A stretch of DNA of 64,000 bases from Octopus vulgaris (Eukaryota). Made by a program: the position numbers and the translations under genes. The notes beneath the pieces are model-generated. The model had not been told where the DNA came from, did not search any database, and saw only the letters and a list, made by a program, of their open reading frames with translations. Positions 41,277 to 63,701 of the stretch are shown piece by piece (position 1 is the first letter of the stretch; each line of letters opens with the position of its first letter). The stretch spans positions 62,186,001 to 62,250,000 of the forward strand of contig OX597827.1 of NCBI GenBank assembly GCA_951406725.2, written 5' to 3'.

Positions 41277-41675
41277 CTGTGTATGTGCCTGATACATCCA
41301 TTTCTTCTTTTAATCATTGGACAGCAGTCATGGCAGGATGCAACCTCGAGGGCGATCGTATGGCCCCAAGACGTATTGGGAAAAGTAAATAATATAAGAC
41401 TGTCGAGTTTCTCATGCAGAAACGCTCAGTTACTGGGACATAAACAAACCAAACCCGGCTGTGATGCGTTGCCAAGCGACAAGCACAAACACAAAAGCTC
41501 ACGCAAAGAGAATATATTGCATACAATTTCAGTATATCAAACCCACTTCCACGGTTGCATACGACCTGGGGTTATAGCAGAATGCATTTGGCCAATAGAC
41601 CATGTTCTATGCATTGGAACTGAACCCGGGACCAAGTAGCTCAGAAGCAAAAATTTTACCACACAGCTAGCCGCG

Positions 41676-41772
<97 letters not shown>

Positions 41773-41984
41773 AGGCGTAGGAGTGACTGTGTGTTATGAA
41801 GCTAGCCTCCAAACCACATGGTTGTGGTTTGATTCTCACAGCGTGGCACCTTTGTCAAGTGTCTTCTACTATAGCCTCGGGCCGACTAAAGACTTGTGAG
41901 TAGATTTGGTAGACGGAAAACTGAAGAAGCCTGTCGTATAAAGAAGAAATAAAGATAGACTTGTTCTATTCCAAGAAAAAGGTT

Positions 41985-42180
41985 TTTACAAATGCACGTT
42001 CCCACGGCCTTATCGATCGCTTTCTCACCTGGAATCGATTTTTGTAATTTTTTCAAGACTTATACACACCCTGATACCGTCGGTATCTACATATCAAATT
42101 TGAACGCAATCGGATGGAGGATGTCCGAGATCCTAGAAGACACACACACAGACAGACAGAACGGATTGTATATATAATAT
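41985..42180 (-). mobile_element. Probable 5' fragment of a Helitron-like non-autonomous element
   Basis: Minus: TATATATACAATCCGTTCTGTCTGTCTGTGTGTG...CCGATTGCGTTCAAATTTGATATGTAG, organised like the 5' ends of the two Helitrons here; no 3' CTAG end seen. Confidence 0.45.
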
Positions 42181-42306
42181 ATATATATATATATATTTCG
42201 GAATGGTCATATTGCCAGTTTAGCCAATAAAAACACACGCACTATATATTTGGTGTTATTTTGCTTCAGTGATATTTATTTTTTACATTAATCTTAATCT
42301 TATTTC

Positions 42307-42351
42307 GGCCAAAGTTCTTTCGTCACACTCCTGTGACCGCATCAGTGGTCC
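42307..42351 (-). ncRNA. Near-intact minimal hammerhead motif
   Basis: Minus: CCA-CTGATGC (A to C)-G-GTCAC-AGGAGT-GTGAC-GAAA-GAAC-TT-TGG. A related decayed copy lies at about 31933-31975 with shared flank AATAAA.ACACGCACTATATATT. Confidence 0.55.
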
Positions 42352-42437
42352 TTTGTTTTCTTCTCACTTACTTGTGTCTCTCCTTACTAACCGTCAGCCA
42401 TTTTGTATTTCTATATATTTTGTATATATATTTAAAC

Positions 42438-42486
<49 letters not shown>

Positions 42487-43146
42487 GTGTGTGTGTGTTT
42501 GTGTGTGTATTTGTGTGTCTGTGTTTGTCCCCCCACTATTGGTTGATAACCGATGTTGGTGTGTTTACGTCCCAGTAACTTAGGGGTTCGGCAAAGGACC
42601 CGATAGAAAAGGTACTAAGCTTACAAAGAATAAGTCCTAGGGTTGAATTGGTCGGCGGTGCTCCCTCATGGTCGCTGTCAAATGAATGAAACAAGTAAAA
42701 GAATAAAATAATACGTATGTGTTTGTGTGTCTGGGCTTGTCCCCCCACCATCGCTTAACAACCGCTGTTGGTGTGTTTACATCCCCGTAACTAGGCTTAC
42801 AAAGAATAAATCCTGAGATCGATTTGTTCGACTAAAGGAGGTGCTCCAGCATGGTTGCAGTCAAATGGCAGTGTAGTAAGATGTTTGCTTTCGAGCCATA
42901 TGATTCCGGGTTCAGTTCCAATACATGCAACGTGGTATATTGGCCAAATACATTCTGCTATAACCCCAGGTCGTATGCAACCCTTAAAGTGGGTTTCATA
43001 GACAGAAATTCTATGCAATATATCTCTCTGCGTGAGCTTTTGTGTTTGTATTTGTCGTTTGGCAACGCGTCACAGCCGGGTTTGGATTGCTTACATCGCA
43101 GTAACTGAGAGTTTCTGCAGGAGAAATCCGACAGTCTTGAATTATA

Positions 43147-43479
43147 CTAGCAGTATCGCCCGGCGTTGCTCGGGTTTGTTTCGACCCTTTAGAAAAGGAA
43201 TTTTTGAAAAGTAAAAATGTTGCATTATGTAACTTGTTATTCTCTTTAAGTGAACATCGTAAAAAATAGGGATTTTTTACACGTTTTTGATGTAAATAAT
43301 TTTTGATGTTAACATGGTCCGATTTGTATTTTATCATCTACGGAATGAAGAGCAAGCCTTCTTCTATCATACTCTCAATTTTGGTCAACTTGCGCCGCAG
43401 GATCTCAGAGAAGATAGTGTTAGTTGAAGAATACCAAACCTGCCACACACACAGACAACTTCAGTTTTATATATATAGA
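43147..43479 (-). mobile_element. Complete 333-bp non-autonomous Helitron
   Basis: 5' TCTATATATATAAAAC, 3' hairpin CCCGAGCAACGCCGGG plus CTGCTAG; inserted between A and T with no TSD. Confidence 0.9.
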
Positions 43480-43574
43480 TTTTCCCAATAAGTCTGGGGG
43501 CCATACGAACACGTTCGACGTTGCGTCCTGCCATGACTGCAGTCCAATGATGAACACAAGAAACGGATGCAATA

Positions 43575-52330
<8,756 letters not shown>

Positions 52331-52394
52331 TTTTTTCCCTCTCACTTCAATAGTGAATGATTTACACTTGCCTACAGGCACACACGGTATTGCA

Positions 52395-54700
52395 CTAGCA
52401 CCTGCTCCGCCACCCCTACTACTACTACTACTACTACTATTACTACTACTACTACTACTACTACTATTGCTGCTGCTGCTGCTGCTGCTACTACCAGCGT
52501 CACCGTTACTTCCACTTCCGCTCCCCCACCAACAGCATTAGCTACTATGACCAAAACACTGCTTACACTACCACTGCTTTGTATAAGAACTACCACCGCT
52601 GCTAACCCGCGACCACTACCACCGAAACTACTTCCAAAACCCCTGCCCCCACCACCATTACCACTGTCACCACCGCTACCACCATTATTACCACCACCAC
52701 CACCACCATTATCATCACTACCGCCACCAATACGACGTTCACCATTACCACTTTCATCACCACCACCACCACCACCACCACCAACACTACCACCATTGCC
52801 ACCATTACCTCTACAACTACCACCACCAAAACCACCACCACCACCACTATTACCATCTTCACCACCACTACCACCAACACCACCACCACCACCACCATTA
52901 CCACCACCACCACCACCACCACCACCACCACCATTACCACCACCACCACCACCACCACCACCACCACCACCACCACCACCACCACCACCACCACTACCAC
53001 CATTATCCCCATTAGTACCATCATCACTACCACCACATCCTCTAACGCGAAGACCACTACTCGCATCACCACTACCAATACCCAAACCATTAACACGACC
53101 ATCACCACTAGCAGTACGACCAACACTGCAATTTGTAACATTGTGATAAATACCACCACTAATACTACAGTCAACACTACAATTAATTACTGTTGTTACA
53201 GAAGAACCACCAACACCACAAAATCAACCCCACCTGAACATTACCACCACCACACCACCACCTCCACCACCACTACCACCAATATCACCATCGCCGCCCC
53301 ACTATCCTCAACACCACCACCATCATCATAACCACCATCACCACTACCACCAATATCACCATCGCTGCCCCACGATCCTCAACACTGCTACCATCATCAA
53401 CACCACCACCACTACCATCAACACTACCACCAGTATTACCATCGCCGCCCCACGATCATCAACACCACCATCATCATCACTACCACCATCATCATCGCCA
53501 CTACCACCACCACTATCACCAATATCACCATCGCCGCCCCACGATCACCACCACCACCAACAACAACAACAACAACAATAACAACAACAACACCTACCCG
53601 ACTTGTTCCAAACATTACCATTTCCATAAACCGACCACATCAAACCAAACCACTCACGCCTGACCATCATCGCTGCCACCGCTAAATACACCACTACCAC
53701 CACCACCACCACCGCCATCACCATTACCATCCCATAAACAGATGTGCAGCTGCATTAGAGCCACTGCTGCACTTCATGTCCACCCACCCGTATTTACTGG
53801 GCTTTTTACCTCTGCGTGCTGAAACCCGTCTTTTTCGTTCATTTACCCGCGATACCAGAGCTAGCTGTTTTCAACACCAATGTCTTCCCTTATTGCCACA
53901 TAGGTTACCACCGCCGTAACCATAACCACCACCACCACTACCACCACCATTACTATCGTACCACTATTACCAACGGTGCCATTACCATTACCACCACAAC
54001 TATCACTGTCAGAACCACTATTACCACCATACCATCATCACCACCACCATTGACATCGGTTTAACACAAGCCTACCCACCTTAATGAAAAACCACAACCA
54101 CTGACGACGCACCCAACGCCACCACCAACACCACCACAACCACCACAACCACCACCGCCACCACCACCGCCACCACCGCCACCATCCGCCACCAACACCA
54201 ATACCAACATCACAACTACAATACCGGCAGCCACAACCACTGACACCGCCGCCACAACCACCACCACCAATACCACCACCACCTCTACCACCACCACCAC
54301 TGCCCCTTCTACCACATCCACCATCACCGCCATCACCAACAGCGTTATTGCAACTGTACGCATCATAGTGGTTGCCTTCATCGCAGCCACCACTATCGTC
54401 AGCTCTACCGTTGCCGTCCCCGCCATCGCCACCATCGCCACCATCGTCATCGCCATTACCTCCGCCAGCGCCGTCGCCAGCGCTTCCACCACAAGCAGTA
54501 CAGCCGTTATCTTCACCGCGGCTGCCATTGCTAACATCACCGCTACTAACCCTCCCCCCCCCCCAACCAGCCTCCCCACAGCACACACACTAACCACCGA
54601 CACCAACACCAACACCGCTTCGAGCCCCAACCCTACCCTACCAGCACCAGCCACCATCACCATCAACGCAACCGCCACCATCGCTAATACAACCACAACA
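52395..54700. repeat. Degenerate (ACC)n-based low-complexity region including a 4-copy minisatellite at 53278-53550
   Basis: ACC/ACT/ATT/GCC triplets; ACCAATATCACCATCGCCGCCCCACGATC recurs at 53278, 53349, 53429 and 53518. Confidence 0.88.
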
Positions 54701-55076
54701 GACATTTCTCATGCACTACCGCATAATTAGACACAGATACACGCACCAGTGGGACCAGCACACGCCATTACAGTTACACACGAATATACACATATACACA
54801 TACATGCTGACACATGTGCTCACACACTCATATATATATATGTATGTGTGTATGTATGTATGCGTGTGTATGTGTTAGTGTGTGCACATTATCTTTTACT
54901 TGCTTCTCTCTCACACATTCTCTATTTAAGCGGTTGCAGATAAACACATACAGCTTTCTAGACATACATACGTCTACGTATGTACGCATGCAACTGTCTT
55001 CACACATACAACTGTCTAAGCAAGCATATATGCAACCGGGAGTATGCTTACGCACAGACACAAGGTACATACATAC

Positions 55077-55107
<31 letters not shown>

Positions 55108-55570
55108 CATACATACATACATACATACATACATACAGACACACACACACATACATACATACATAGACACACACACAGACATACATACTTACGTACATAG
55201 ACACAGACACATATATACATACAAACCTACATACATACATACAAGCAGTCAGTGCATAGGCGCTTGCATCGTCTCTTACACTCCTGCAGACGAACCTACA
55301 CATGCGAGCAGGCGCGCGCGCACACTCACTCACACGCACACACTCACTCACACGCACACAACACACACACAAATACACACACGCATGCAAGTACACACAA
55401 ACTTGCATCCATCATTACACACACACACACACACACACACACGTACACATACACATGCACACACAAAAGGAACACACTCGGATTGTGAAGTAAAGCTGTC
55501 TGCATCGTTCACACATGCATATATGCAAATATATATATGTATATATATATATATGCACATATACATGTAG

Positions 55571-55653
<83 letters not shown>

Positions 55654-55707
55654 CACATACATATATATATAAATATATGCATATATATATATATATATAT
55701 AAACATA

Positions 55708-55779
<72 letters not shown>

Positions 55780-56039
55780 CACCTTCAGAAGCACATTAAG
55801 CATAGACGCACACACACGCACATACACATACATACACACTCGAACGTACATATATTCTGTGACAGACACAAAATACGTTATAAGAAGCAGACGCATTGAA
55901 GAAAGCCTGTCTGCTTCATAATCACATACACAAATTCAACGTAGTCAGGTACACACATACACACACACACACTAACACACACACACATACACATACACAC
56001 ACACTGGCATACAGCTATGTACAGCGCACCACACATACA

Positions 56040-56098
<59 letters not shown>

Positions 56099-56443
56099 AC
56101 ACAGGTACAGACGAGTAAGGAAACGTTGAACCACATACAAACACACAGACATAATTTTATTGCACAAATACCATAAGAGGCAGCGGAGCGCAGCGCACAA
56201 ATGCATACACAGACGAACAAGCGCGCACACATACACACGCGTGTGCGCGCGCGCGCAACTACTCGTATACGCACGTACGTATACAAGAGTCGCTGGCATT
56301 ACGTACGTACAGACAGATTCGTTGCATTATATATATATATAGAGATATACAACAGACAGATACTGTATGTTACATAAACCGTTGACATATATAAATGTGT
56401 TCGTACGCTTGCCACGTACAGAGACACGTTAGCTCACATCACA

Positions 56444-56504
<61 letters not shown>

Positions 56505-56648
56505 TACATGCACACACACAAAAATATGTATATTGGGCCAGAGAAATATGCATATAAACGTAATCATACACAGTGCAGTGCATAATTCCTATAGCAAGCA
56601 GAAACGATGTACGTATATATACATATGCGCGCATACACACACACACAC

Positions 56649-56689
<41 letters not shown>

Positions 56690-56695
56690 TATATT

Positions 56696-56749
<54 letters not shown>

Positions 56750-56755
56750 TATATT

Positions 56756-56787
<32 letters not shown>

Positions 56788-57053
56788 GATATTTATATAT
56801 AGATACGCGTATATATACATATATATATAAATATACGCGCACATTATATATTTACACCCAAACACACACACGCGCGCACACACAGACATATATATGATAT
56901 ATGCTTGTATGTTTATATATGTGTGTGTACATATATATATATATGATATATGTATATTTATTTTTATATATATATGTGCATATATATATATATATATATA
57001 TACGTATTCATGTATACATCTACATTCTTATATATATATATGGACACACACAC

Positions 57054-57132
<79 letters not shown>

Positions 57133-57249
57133 TACAATAATAATAATAATAAGAGTAATAATAACAATAATAATAATGATGATGATGATGATGATGATGA
57201 TGATGGTGGTGGTGGAGGTGGTGATGATGATGGTAATAAAAATTCTCTA

Positions 57250-57448
57250 TAATTTTGGCGTGAGGCCAACTATTCCGATGCGGGCTTGGTGGTGGGGGCT
57301 TGGTAAGTCGGGTACATCTAACCTGGTACTTGACTCGTGCTTCATTATACCGACCCCGACAGGATGAAAGGCAAAGTTGACTTGGCCGGAAGAATTGCCG
57401 CTAAGCATTATGTTCGACGCACTAACGAGTCTGCCATCTCGCCGTCTT
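57250..57448 (-). mobile_element. SINE family B variant, internally deleted
   Basis: CGACCCCGACAGGATGAAAGGCAAAGTTGAC...GCTAAGCATT...CTCGCCGTCTT. Confidence 0.7.
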
Positions 57449-57932
57449 GATAATAATGCAATTTTTTTTAATGTTATTTTAATTAGCAAGCATTGACAAA
57501 AGATGAAGGACCGTAGAGAATGATAGAGTAAGAGATTACGTAAAAATAAAAATGTTTAAATAAGGTAAGTAACATAAATAGAAAAGCAAAGGAAAATCGA
57601 AGAAAGTCTCCCCATATATGGGGGACTCTCGTAGGAAACTCGTAGATACCTCACAAAATCCACGTTTACTCTGATTTGTGAGTGAAATGCCACATCCCGG
57701 TCGTCCTCCAATCTATAGGCAGACGCTCAAAGCAGGCTCGTATACTCAGACCATTCTCGCTATTCTTATCTAACTTCGTACGATTTTGCGGTAAGGCTGC
57801 GCTTTCCCGTCAATCCCCTGTTCCTTATTCAAGGGAAACTTGAACAAAAAAAAAAATGATGATTTGACCGAAGAAGGAGCTGTTTATTCTTTCCCTTTCA
57901 ATCTTGTATATAAGACAGCCACTATTGTTAGC

Positions 57933-58090
57933 CGTGGCTGTGTGGTAACAAACTTTCTTCCCAACCACATGGTTCCGAGTTCAGTCCCATTTCGTAGCAA
58001 CTTGGGTAAGTATGTTCTACTATTGCCTCGGGCCGACCAAAGGCTTGTAAGTGGATTTGGTAGACGGAAACTGAAAGAAACCTGTCGTAT
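57933..58090 (+). mobile_element. SINE family C 5' half
   Basis: Homologous to 30655-30810. Confidence 0.8.
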
Positions 58091-58169
58091 ATATATATAT
58101 ATATATGTAATACAAAATGGGACAAGAACGCAAAACATCCAGACAGTTAGGTGATACGAAAATGTGACA

Positions 58170-58363
58170 ACAACAAAGCATCCAGATAGACGATACAAGA
58201 AAACAAGGACGGGTCATTCGAAGTTTTCTTCCTCAGTCAAGTACCAGATTATGTTCGCAATTTCGGCTGATTGCGAAGATAATCTGGTACTTGACTGAGG
58301 AAAGAAAACTTCGAATGACCCGTCCTTGTTTTCCTTGTATCGTCTATCTGGATGCTTTGTTGT
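58170..58363. repeat. Near-perfect hairpin, arms about 92 bp, 8-nt loop
   Basis: 58170-58261 is the reverse complement of 58270-58363 with about 3 differences. Confidence 0.92.
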
Positions 58364-58395
58364 CCCATTTGTCGGTAAAAGACACCAATAGAATA

Positions 58396-58610
58396 AGTTT
58401 CAAATTTTGTAACAAGGGCGGCAATTTTGGGGGAAGGTGATGAATCGATTACATCGACCACACTGTTCAACTGGAACTTATTTTATCGACCCCGAAAGAA
58501 TGAAAGGTAAAGTCGACCACAGTGTAATTTGATCTCAGAACGGAGCGACGGGCGAAATACAGCTAAGCATTTCGTCCAGCGTGCTAACGATTCCGTCCGC
58601 TCGACGCCTT
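58396..58610 (-). mobile_element. SINE family B variant
   Basis: Reverse complement of the family B head and core, with the variant tail. Confidence 0.78.
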
Positions 58611-58621
58611 ATTTTTATTAT

Positions 58622-58724
<103 letters not shown>

Positions 58725-59640
58725 CGCGAATAAAAGGGGAAAAGGACAAGAGCGAAATACAAAGAGAGCACGTGAGACAGAACAAAGAGAAACCACTGCA
58801 TGGCCAATTTTGGAGAGCCACTGAAGATGTGGAAAAAAATTCTGGGCTTGGTTAAAAAAGGGGCAATTAAAGAAGGAAACAGAGAACCTGGTTGTAGCAG
58901 CCCAAGATCAAGCGTTAGAAACAAACAACTTGAGAAAAAATATATATAGAGAGAATGTGTCAGTAAAATGTAGAACCTGTGGAACTTGGAACGAGAAAGC
59001 GGCACGCGTTATGGCAGGATGCCCCAAGTTGGCACAGGAAGAATATAAGAAATGGAAGCACGACCAGCTTGTAAAAGTTTTACACTGGAAACTGTACCTG
59101 ATATGGGGATTTGAAGCTGGAAACACGGTACAATAATCGAGTCGATAGAGTACTAGAGTCGGAGAACTGTAAGATTTTGAAGAACTTACCTATTCAAACG
59201 GACAAGAAATTAGAAAATATTAGACCAGATGTTACAGTCTTAGATAAAGAAAAGCAAAGTTGCTTAGTTATCGACCCATCATGCCTGTTTGATTCCAGAA
59301 TCGTAATGAAAGAGGAAGAAAAACAAAGAAAATACAGTCCCTTAAAAATTGAAAAGGAAAGAATTTGGAACATGCGAACAGTAAAGGTCGTGTCTATAAT
59401 AATCGGTGCGTTGGGAGCAATAAACAAAGATGTAGACAAACGGCCGAAGGAGATTGTAATAGAATGCTCGATAGATCTTCTATAAAAAGTTTGTCTCTAA
59501 AGGACGGCAAGGATTATCAGGAGGGTTCTAAATACTTGGAAGACTGCCGAAAACTTGTGGATTCATAAGGTTACAGGTAGTAACCCGTTACCCACATAAA
59601 TTCTACCTGGAATAAGACCAAACCTGCGACAAGCAAATAA
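58725..59640 (+). mobile_element. 5'-truncated, decayed R4/Dong-type non-LTR retrotransposon
   Basis: EKPLHGQF-like, AAQDQAL, CRTC...AGCPKLAQEEYKKWKHDQLVKVLHWKL, IQTDKKLENIRPDVTV, IIIGALG; frameshifts and stops; flanked by (TAA)/(TGA)n. Confidence 0.88.
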
Positions 59641-59654
59641 TGATGATGATGATG

Positions 59655-59687
<33 letters not shown>

Positions 59688-59844
59688 GTTTCAAATTTTG
59701 CCACAAGGACAGTAATTTTAGGGCAGTAATAGCCTTAGTAAAAATAATAACTTGTGGATACCTAAAGTTACAGATATAAATCCTACCAGGAATGAGATCG
59801 AACGTGAGTCAAATCAAGTAATGATAATAATAAAAGATAATAAC

Positions 59845-59898
<54 letters not shown>

Positions 59899-59934
59899 TG
59901 AACTAAATAATAATAACTGAACTAAATAATAATA

Positions 59935-61348
59935 ACTGAACTAAATGCACGTAACAAGGTGTTAGCTATAAATTCCTTAGCAGTTCCAGTTGTTACTTAT
60001 AGCTACAATGTGTTGAACTGGAATATGAGTGAAGTAAAGAATATAGATAGAAAAATACGCAAGCTGCTGAGATGTAATAGGATGCACCACCCAAAGGCAG
60101 ACGTAGATCGCCTTTACCTTCCCAGAGCCCAAGGAGGTCGAGGCCTGATCCAATTTGAACTAGCTTACAAAACAACCACAATTGGACTGGCCAAATATCT
60201 CGAAATATCGAATGACTGGATGCTAAAGCTCGTGGAAAATCACGAGAGACGAAAGAAGCTTCATTCTATCATCAAGGAAAGCAAAAAATTTGCTATTGAT
60301 CTCGTGCAGGATACCCAAACTGAACAACCCGAGGGAAGTACGGCAACTATTGTTGCAAAGAAGGTGAAAATGATGGCAATGAAAAAAGCGCACGAGCAAT
60401 TGGCTGATAGGTGGGAGGAGAAACCTCTGCACGGCAAATATGTGACCCACAGCAAACAAGCTGATGTTGACCAGAAGCAAACCCATCAGTGGCTGCGGAG
60501 CTCAGGGCTAAAAGCAGAGAGCGAAGGTTTCATCCTGGCTGCTCAAGACCAAAGCCTATTAACCCGGAACTACCAGGCCAATGTGATGAAAATGGAGCAG
60601 ATTCAAAATGCCGATTCTGCAACGACATGATTGAAACAGTGGACCACCTAATCTCTGGATGTAAAGTCTTAGCACCAGTGGAGTATAAATTAAGACATGA
60701 CAGAGTTGGCCAATATCTCCACTGGCTAATAAGTCGGCATTACAATATCAAAACTGCCGACAAGTGGTATAATCACCACCCTGAGGCTGTAACTGAAGGA
60801 GAAAATGTAACCATTCTGTGGGACTTTCCAGTACATACAGACCGAACCATCAAGGCCAATAAACCAGATGTTGTTGTGAAAGACCAAAACAATAAAGTTT
60901 GCTTATTGATCGACATGAGCATCCCTGTGATCATAATATCTCAGCGAAAGAGTTTGACAAGCTCAGAAAATATAAAGACCTACTCATTGAAATTGAGAAA
61001 ATGTGGCATCTCAAGGCGATTACAATACCAGTGATCGTAGGAGCACTAGGAATGATCAAGAAGGGAACCGAAAATTATATGAGAATGATCCCTGGCTTAC
61101 CATCCCTGCAAGAAGTGCAAAAGATTGTCTTAACTGGTACATCACACGTATTGAGAAGAGCATTGTCGATGTGAGAACTGTTGCTGCTCATGTATTTTAA
61201 TCTAACTTAAAAAAAAAAAAAAAAAAAAATGAACGAACTTCTGAGTTTGGTTTAATGGCCTACCAATATACACTATGAGTTTCTTTGCCCTAGGAGTCGG
61301 GAAGACACTCGGCAAGAAATGGAAGAAAATTTGAAAGAAAAAAAAAAG
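59935..61348 (+). mobile_element. 5'-truncated R4/Dong-type non-LTR retrotransposon (thumb, CCHC zinc knuckle, restriction-like endonuclease, 3' UTR)
   Basis: ELNARNKVLAINSLAVPVVTYS, RLYLPRAQGGRGL, KPLHGKY, LAAQDQSL, CRFC..ETVDHLISGC, RHDRVG, ILWDF..TDRTIKANKPDVVV..LIDMSIP, KLRKY, VIVGALG, GTSHVLRR; two -1 frameshifts; (TAA)n on both sides. Confidence 0.93.
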
Positions 61349-61374
61349 TGATAATAATAATAATAATAATAATA

Positions 61375-61566
61375 TATGGGTCTATAGTTTTTTGGTTCAT
61401 TTGTTTCTTCACTTTTTGGAAGCAGGAATGTTAACCCATTAACTAGCCAAGGAGGCATCCTACTAGGGTGTTGCAAAACATTATTGTACAGTCCTGTTAG
61501 CAGTTCATGGCTCTCTGGGAAGGCATTCAGCCAGAAGTTAGGAATGTTATCCTTTCCTGGAGACTA
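61375..61566 (-). pseudogene. N-terminal reverse transcriptase fragment of a non-LTR retrotransposon
   Basis: Minus translation SPGKDNIPNFWLNAF...PPWLVNGLTFLLPKSEETNEPKNYRPI (RT domains 0-1). Confidence 0.85.
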
Positions 61567-61586
61567 TAATGATAATAATAATAATG

Positions 61587-61669
<83 letters not shown>

Positions 61670-61672
<3 letters not shown>

Positions 61673-62226
61673 GCCCTGATGCAGTACCAGACAGTGGCTC
61701 TCGTGGCTGCTGATCTTAGCTGATTGGAAGTGTTATCATGTACATTGTTTTGTCTTGGTATAAAAGATGGGCTACAGCAAATATTCTGCTCAATACCAGA
61801 GATTTGCTTCTCAGTTGTTTGACCTTAACCAGTTGACCATGTCCATTAGTGGCTGACGATATGTGCATCTCTGACCACGAGCAGAAGTAGTGGAGGAGCA
61901 TCATAGCCAAGTGTTGAGATGGATTCTTTGGGGTTTGAATAATTCACCCCTGGAAACATGGGTGTTTCGTTCAACATCCTTAAAAACCCTTTATTCAGTG
62001 ACCTTTTGAGCGGGATGGGCTAATCGACCATAAGAAAAGTCTAACTGGGCCCCACCTGCAAGGTCATGCGCTGTTTATCTTGATATGAGATCACCATGTC
62101 GCGCACATATGGTTGTGATGCATGTGCCTGGTGTACCCTTATCAGACGAGTAGTCATGATGAGTATACTGGGCTTTGCGTATTTTACTCCAGTGTCACTT
62201 TGATGGCATGTACTATTCTCTCATTC
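61670..62226. mobile_element. Unclassified element of about 555 bp bounded by (TAA)n arrays
   Basis: Sharp boundaries with TAA arrays on both sides, higher GC than its surroundings, no recognisable ORF. Confidence 0.5.
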
Positions 62227-62251
62227 AATAATAATAATGATAATAATAATG

Positions 62252-62317
<66 letters not shown>

Positions 62318-62540
62318 GGCATGATAAAAAAATATTAAGACAAATACATAATAAAAACACCAGGACTTACAAACACATATAACATACAGAAAATTGCACT
62401 ACTAGGCACTGCACACATTCTACGCAGAACACTTTCCATACAATAACCATCAGAGCAGCACAACAAATCACAGCACATACCTGAGGCACACAGAGCTGCG
62501 CTCGGTAGTGAAGTGAAAGCACGCTATAAAAATAAAACTA

Positions 62541-62544
<4 letters not shown>
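62318..62544 (+). mobile_element. Extreme 3' end of a third R4/Dong-type family
   Basis: GMIKKY*DKYIIKTPGLTNTYNIQKIALLGTAHILRRTLSIQ*, then 3' UTR and (TAA)n; preceded by (TAA)n. Confidence 0.85.
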
Positions 62545-62610
<66 letters not shown>

Positions 62611-62892
62611 CAATTCGTTTATTGGCCACAAAGGCTTACATAAGTAATAACATACTGTGCGTTTATGCAGGGGTAAATGCGCATGCGCGTATTTATTTTA
62701 GTATAAGAATTTATATACTTTTACGTGAATTTATATATGGATACATGACTGATGAAACTCATAGCATGAATCTCATAAAAATTCTATAAACCTCTACATG
62801 TACCTGGTACTTTATTGAATAGTATCCTAGTTTTGTAACTATGAATATCCGGTCCATATTATAAATGAAATTATGCACATACATACATACAC

Positions 62893-62924
<32 letters not shown>

Positions 62925-63164
62925 GTGGGTATACATATACATATATGCATATATATATATAAATAAAAAATGGAGTTAACGCAGGTTGAAACAAGTATTT
63001 TTACTTTCTACATATGTTTCGAAAATTCCACTGATACTATTCAAAAGAATAAAAGGTATAAACAATGCAATCTTCTCTTTACTTGTGAGATTTTTGCTGC
63101 CCTGGTAACTATTTATTTATTTATCCGTGTTAATTGTTAACAAGGTAAAATACACTCATCTATT

Positions 63165-63203
<39 letters not shown>

Positions 63204-63284
63204 GCACACACACACACATATATATATATATAAATATATATATATGAAGGCGCGTATATATATATATATAAACGATAAACGTCG

Positions 63285-63585
63285 CACTTTTTAAGCCTAG
63301 CCAAGCTCTTGGGTCCGGTTTCCAGGTTTCTGTGGCGTATGTGTTCCCCCCTACACGGAAGGGACACCAGTCCATCGCTGCATTACTCAAGAAACAGGAG
63401 GAGAGAGTGAGAGAAAGTTGTGGCGAAATAGTATAACAGGGGTTGCCACCACACCCTGCCGGAGCCTCGTGGTGCTTCTTAGGTGTTTTCGCTCAATAAA
63501 CACACACAACGCCCGGTCTGGGAATCGAAACCGCGAATCTCCGACCGCGAGTCCGCTGCCCTAACCACTGGGCCATTGCGCCTCT
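63285..63585 (-). mobile_element. SINE family D, full length
   Basis: Minus head AGGCGCAATGGCCCAGTGGTTAGGGCAGCGGACTCGCGG; homologous to 8062-8352. Confidence 0.87.
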
Positions 63586-63616
63586 ACACACATATATAGA
63601 TATATGAAGCAGCATA

Positions 63617-63701
<85 letters not shown>

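Noticed and set aside
52547-53146. 199-aa proline-rich ORF resembling a formin FH1 or extensin domain
   Set aside because: Codons are almost all CCA/CTA/TTA drift of an (ACC)n tract, the opposite-strand frames are equally open, and there is no flanking FH2 or other domain.
52372-54730. Glycine-rich and valine/alanine-rich ORFs
   Set aside because: Alternative frames of the same triplet low-complexity DNA.
58292-58315. CTGAGGA-AA-GAAA as a hammerhead core (also about 21125-21150 minus)
   Set aside because: There is no stem II and no convincing stem I/III pairing.
62746-62870. CTGATGA core motif (and CTGATGT at about 31781)
   Set aside because: I could not complete stems I-III around them.
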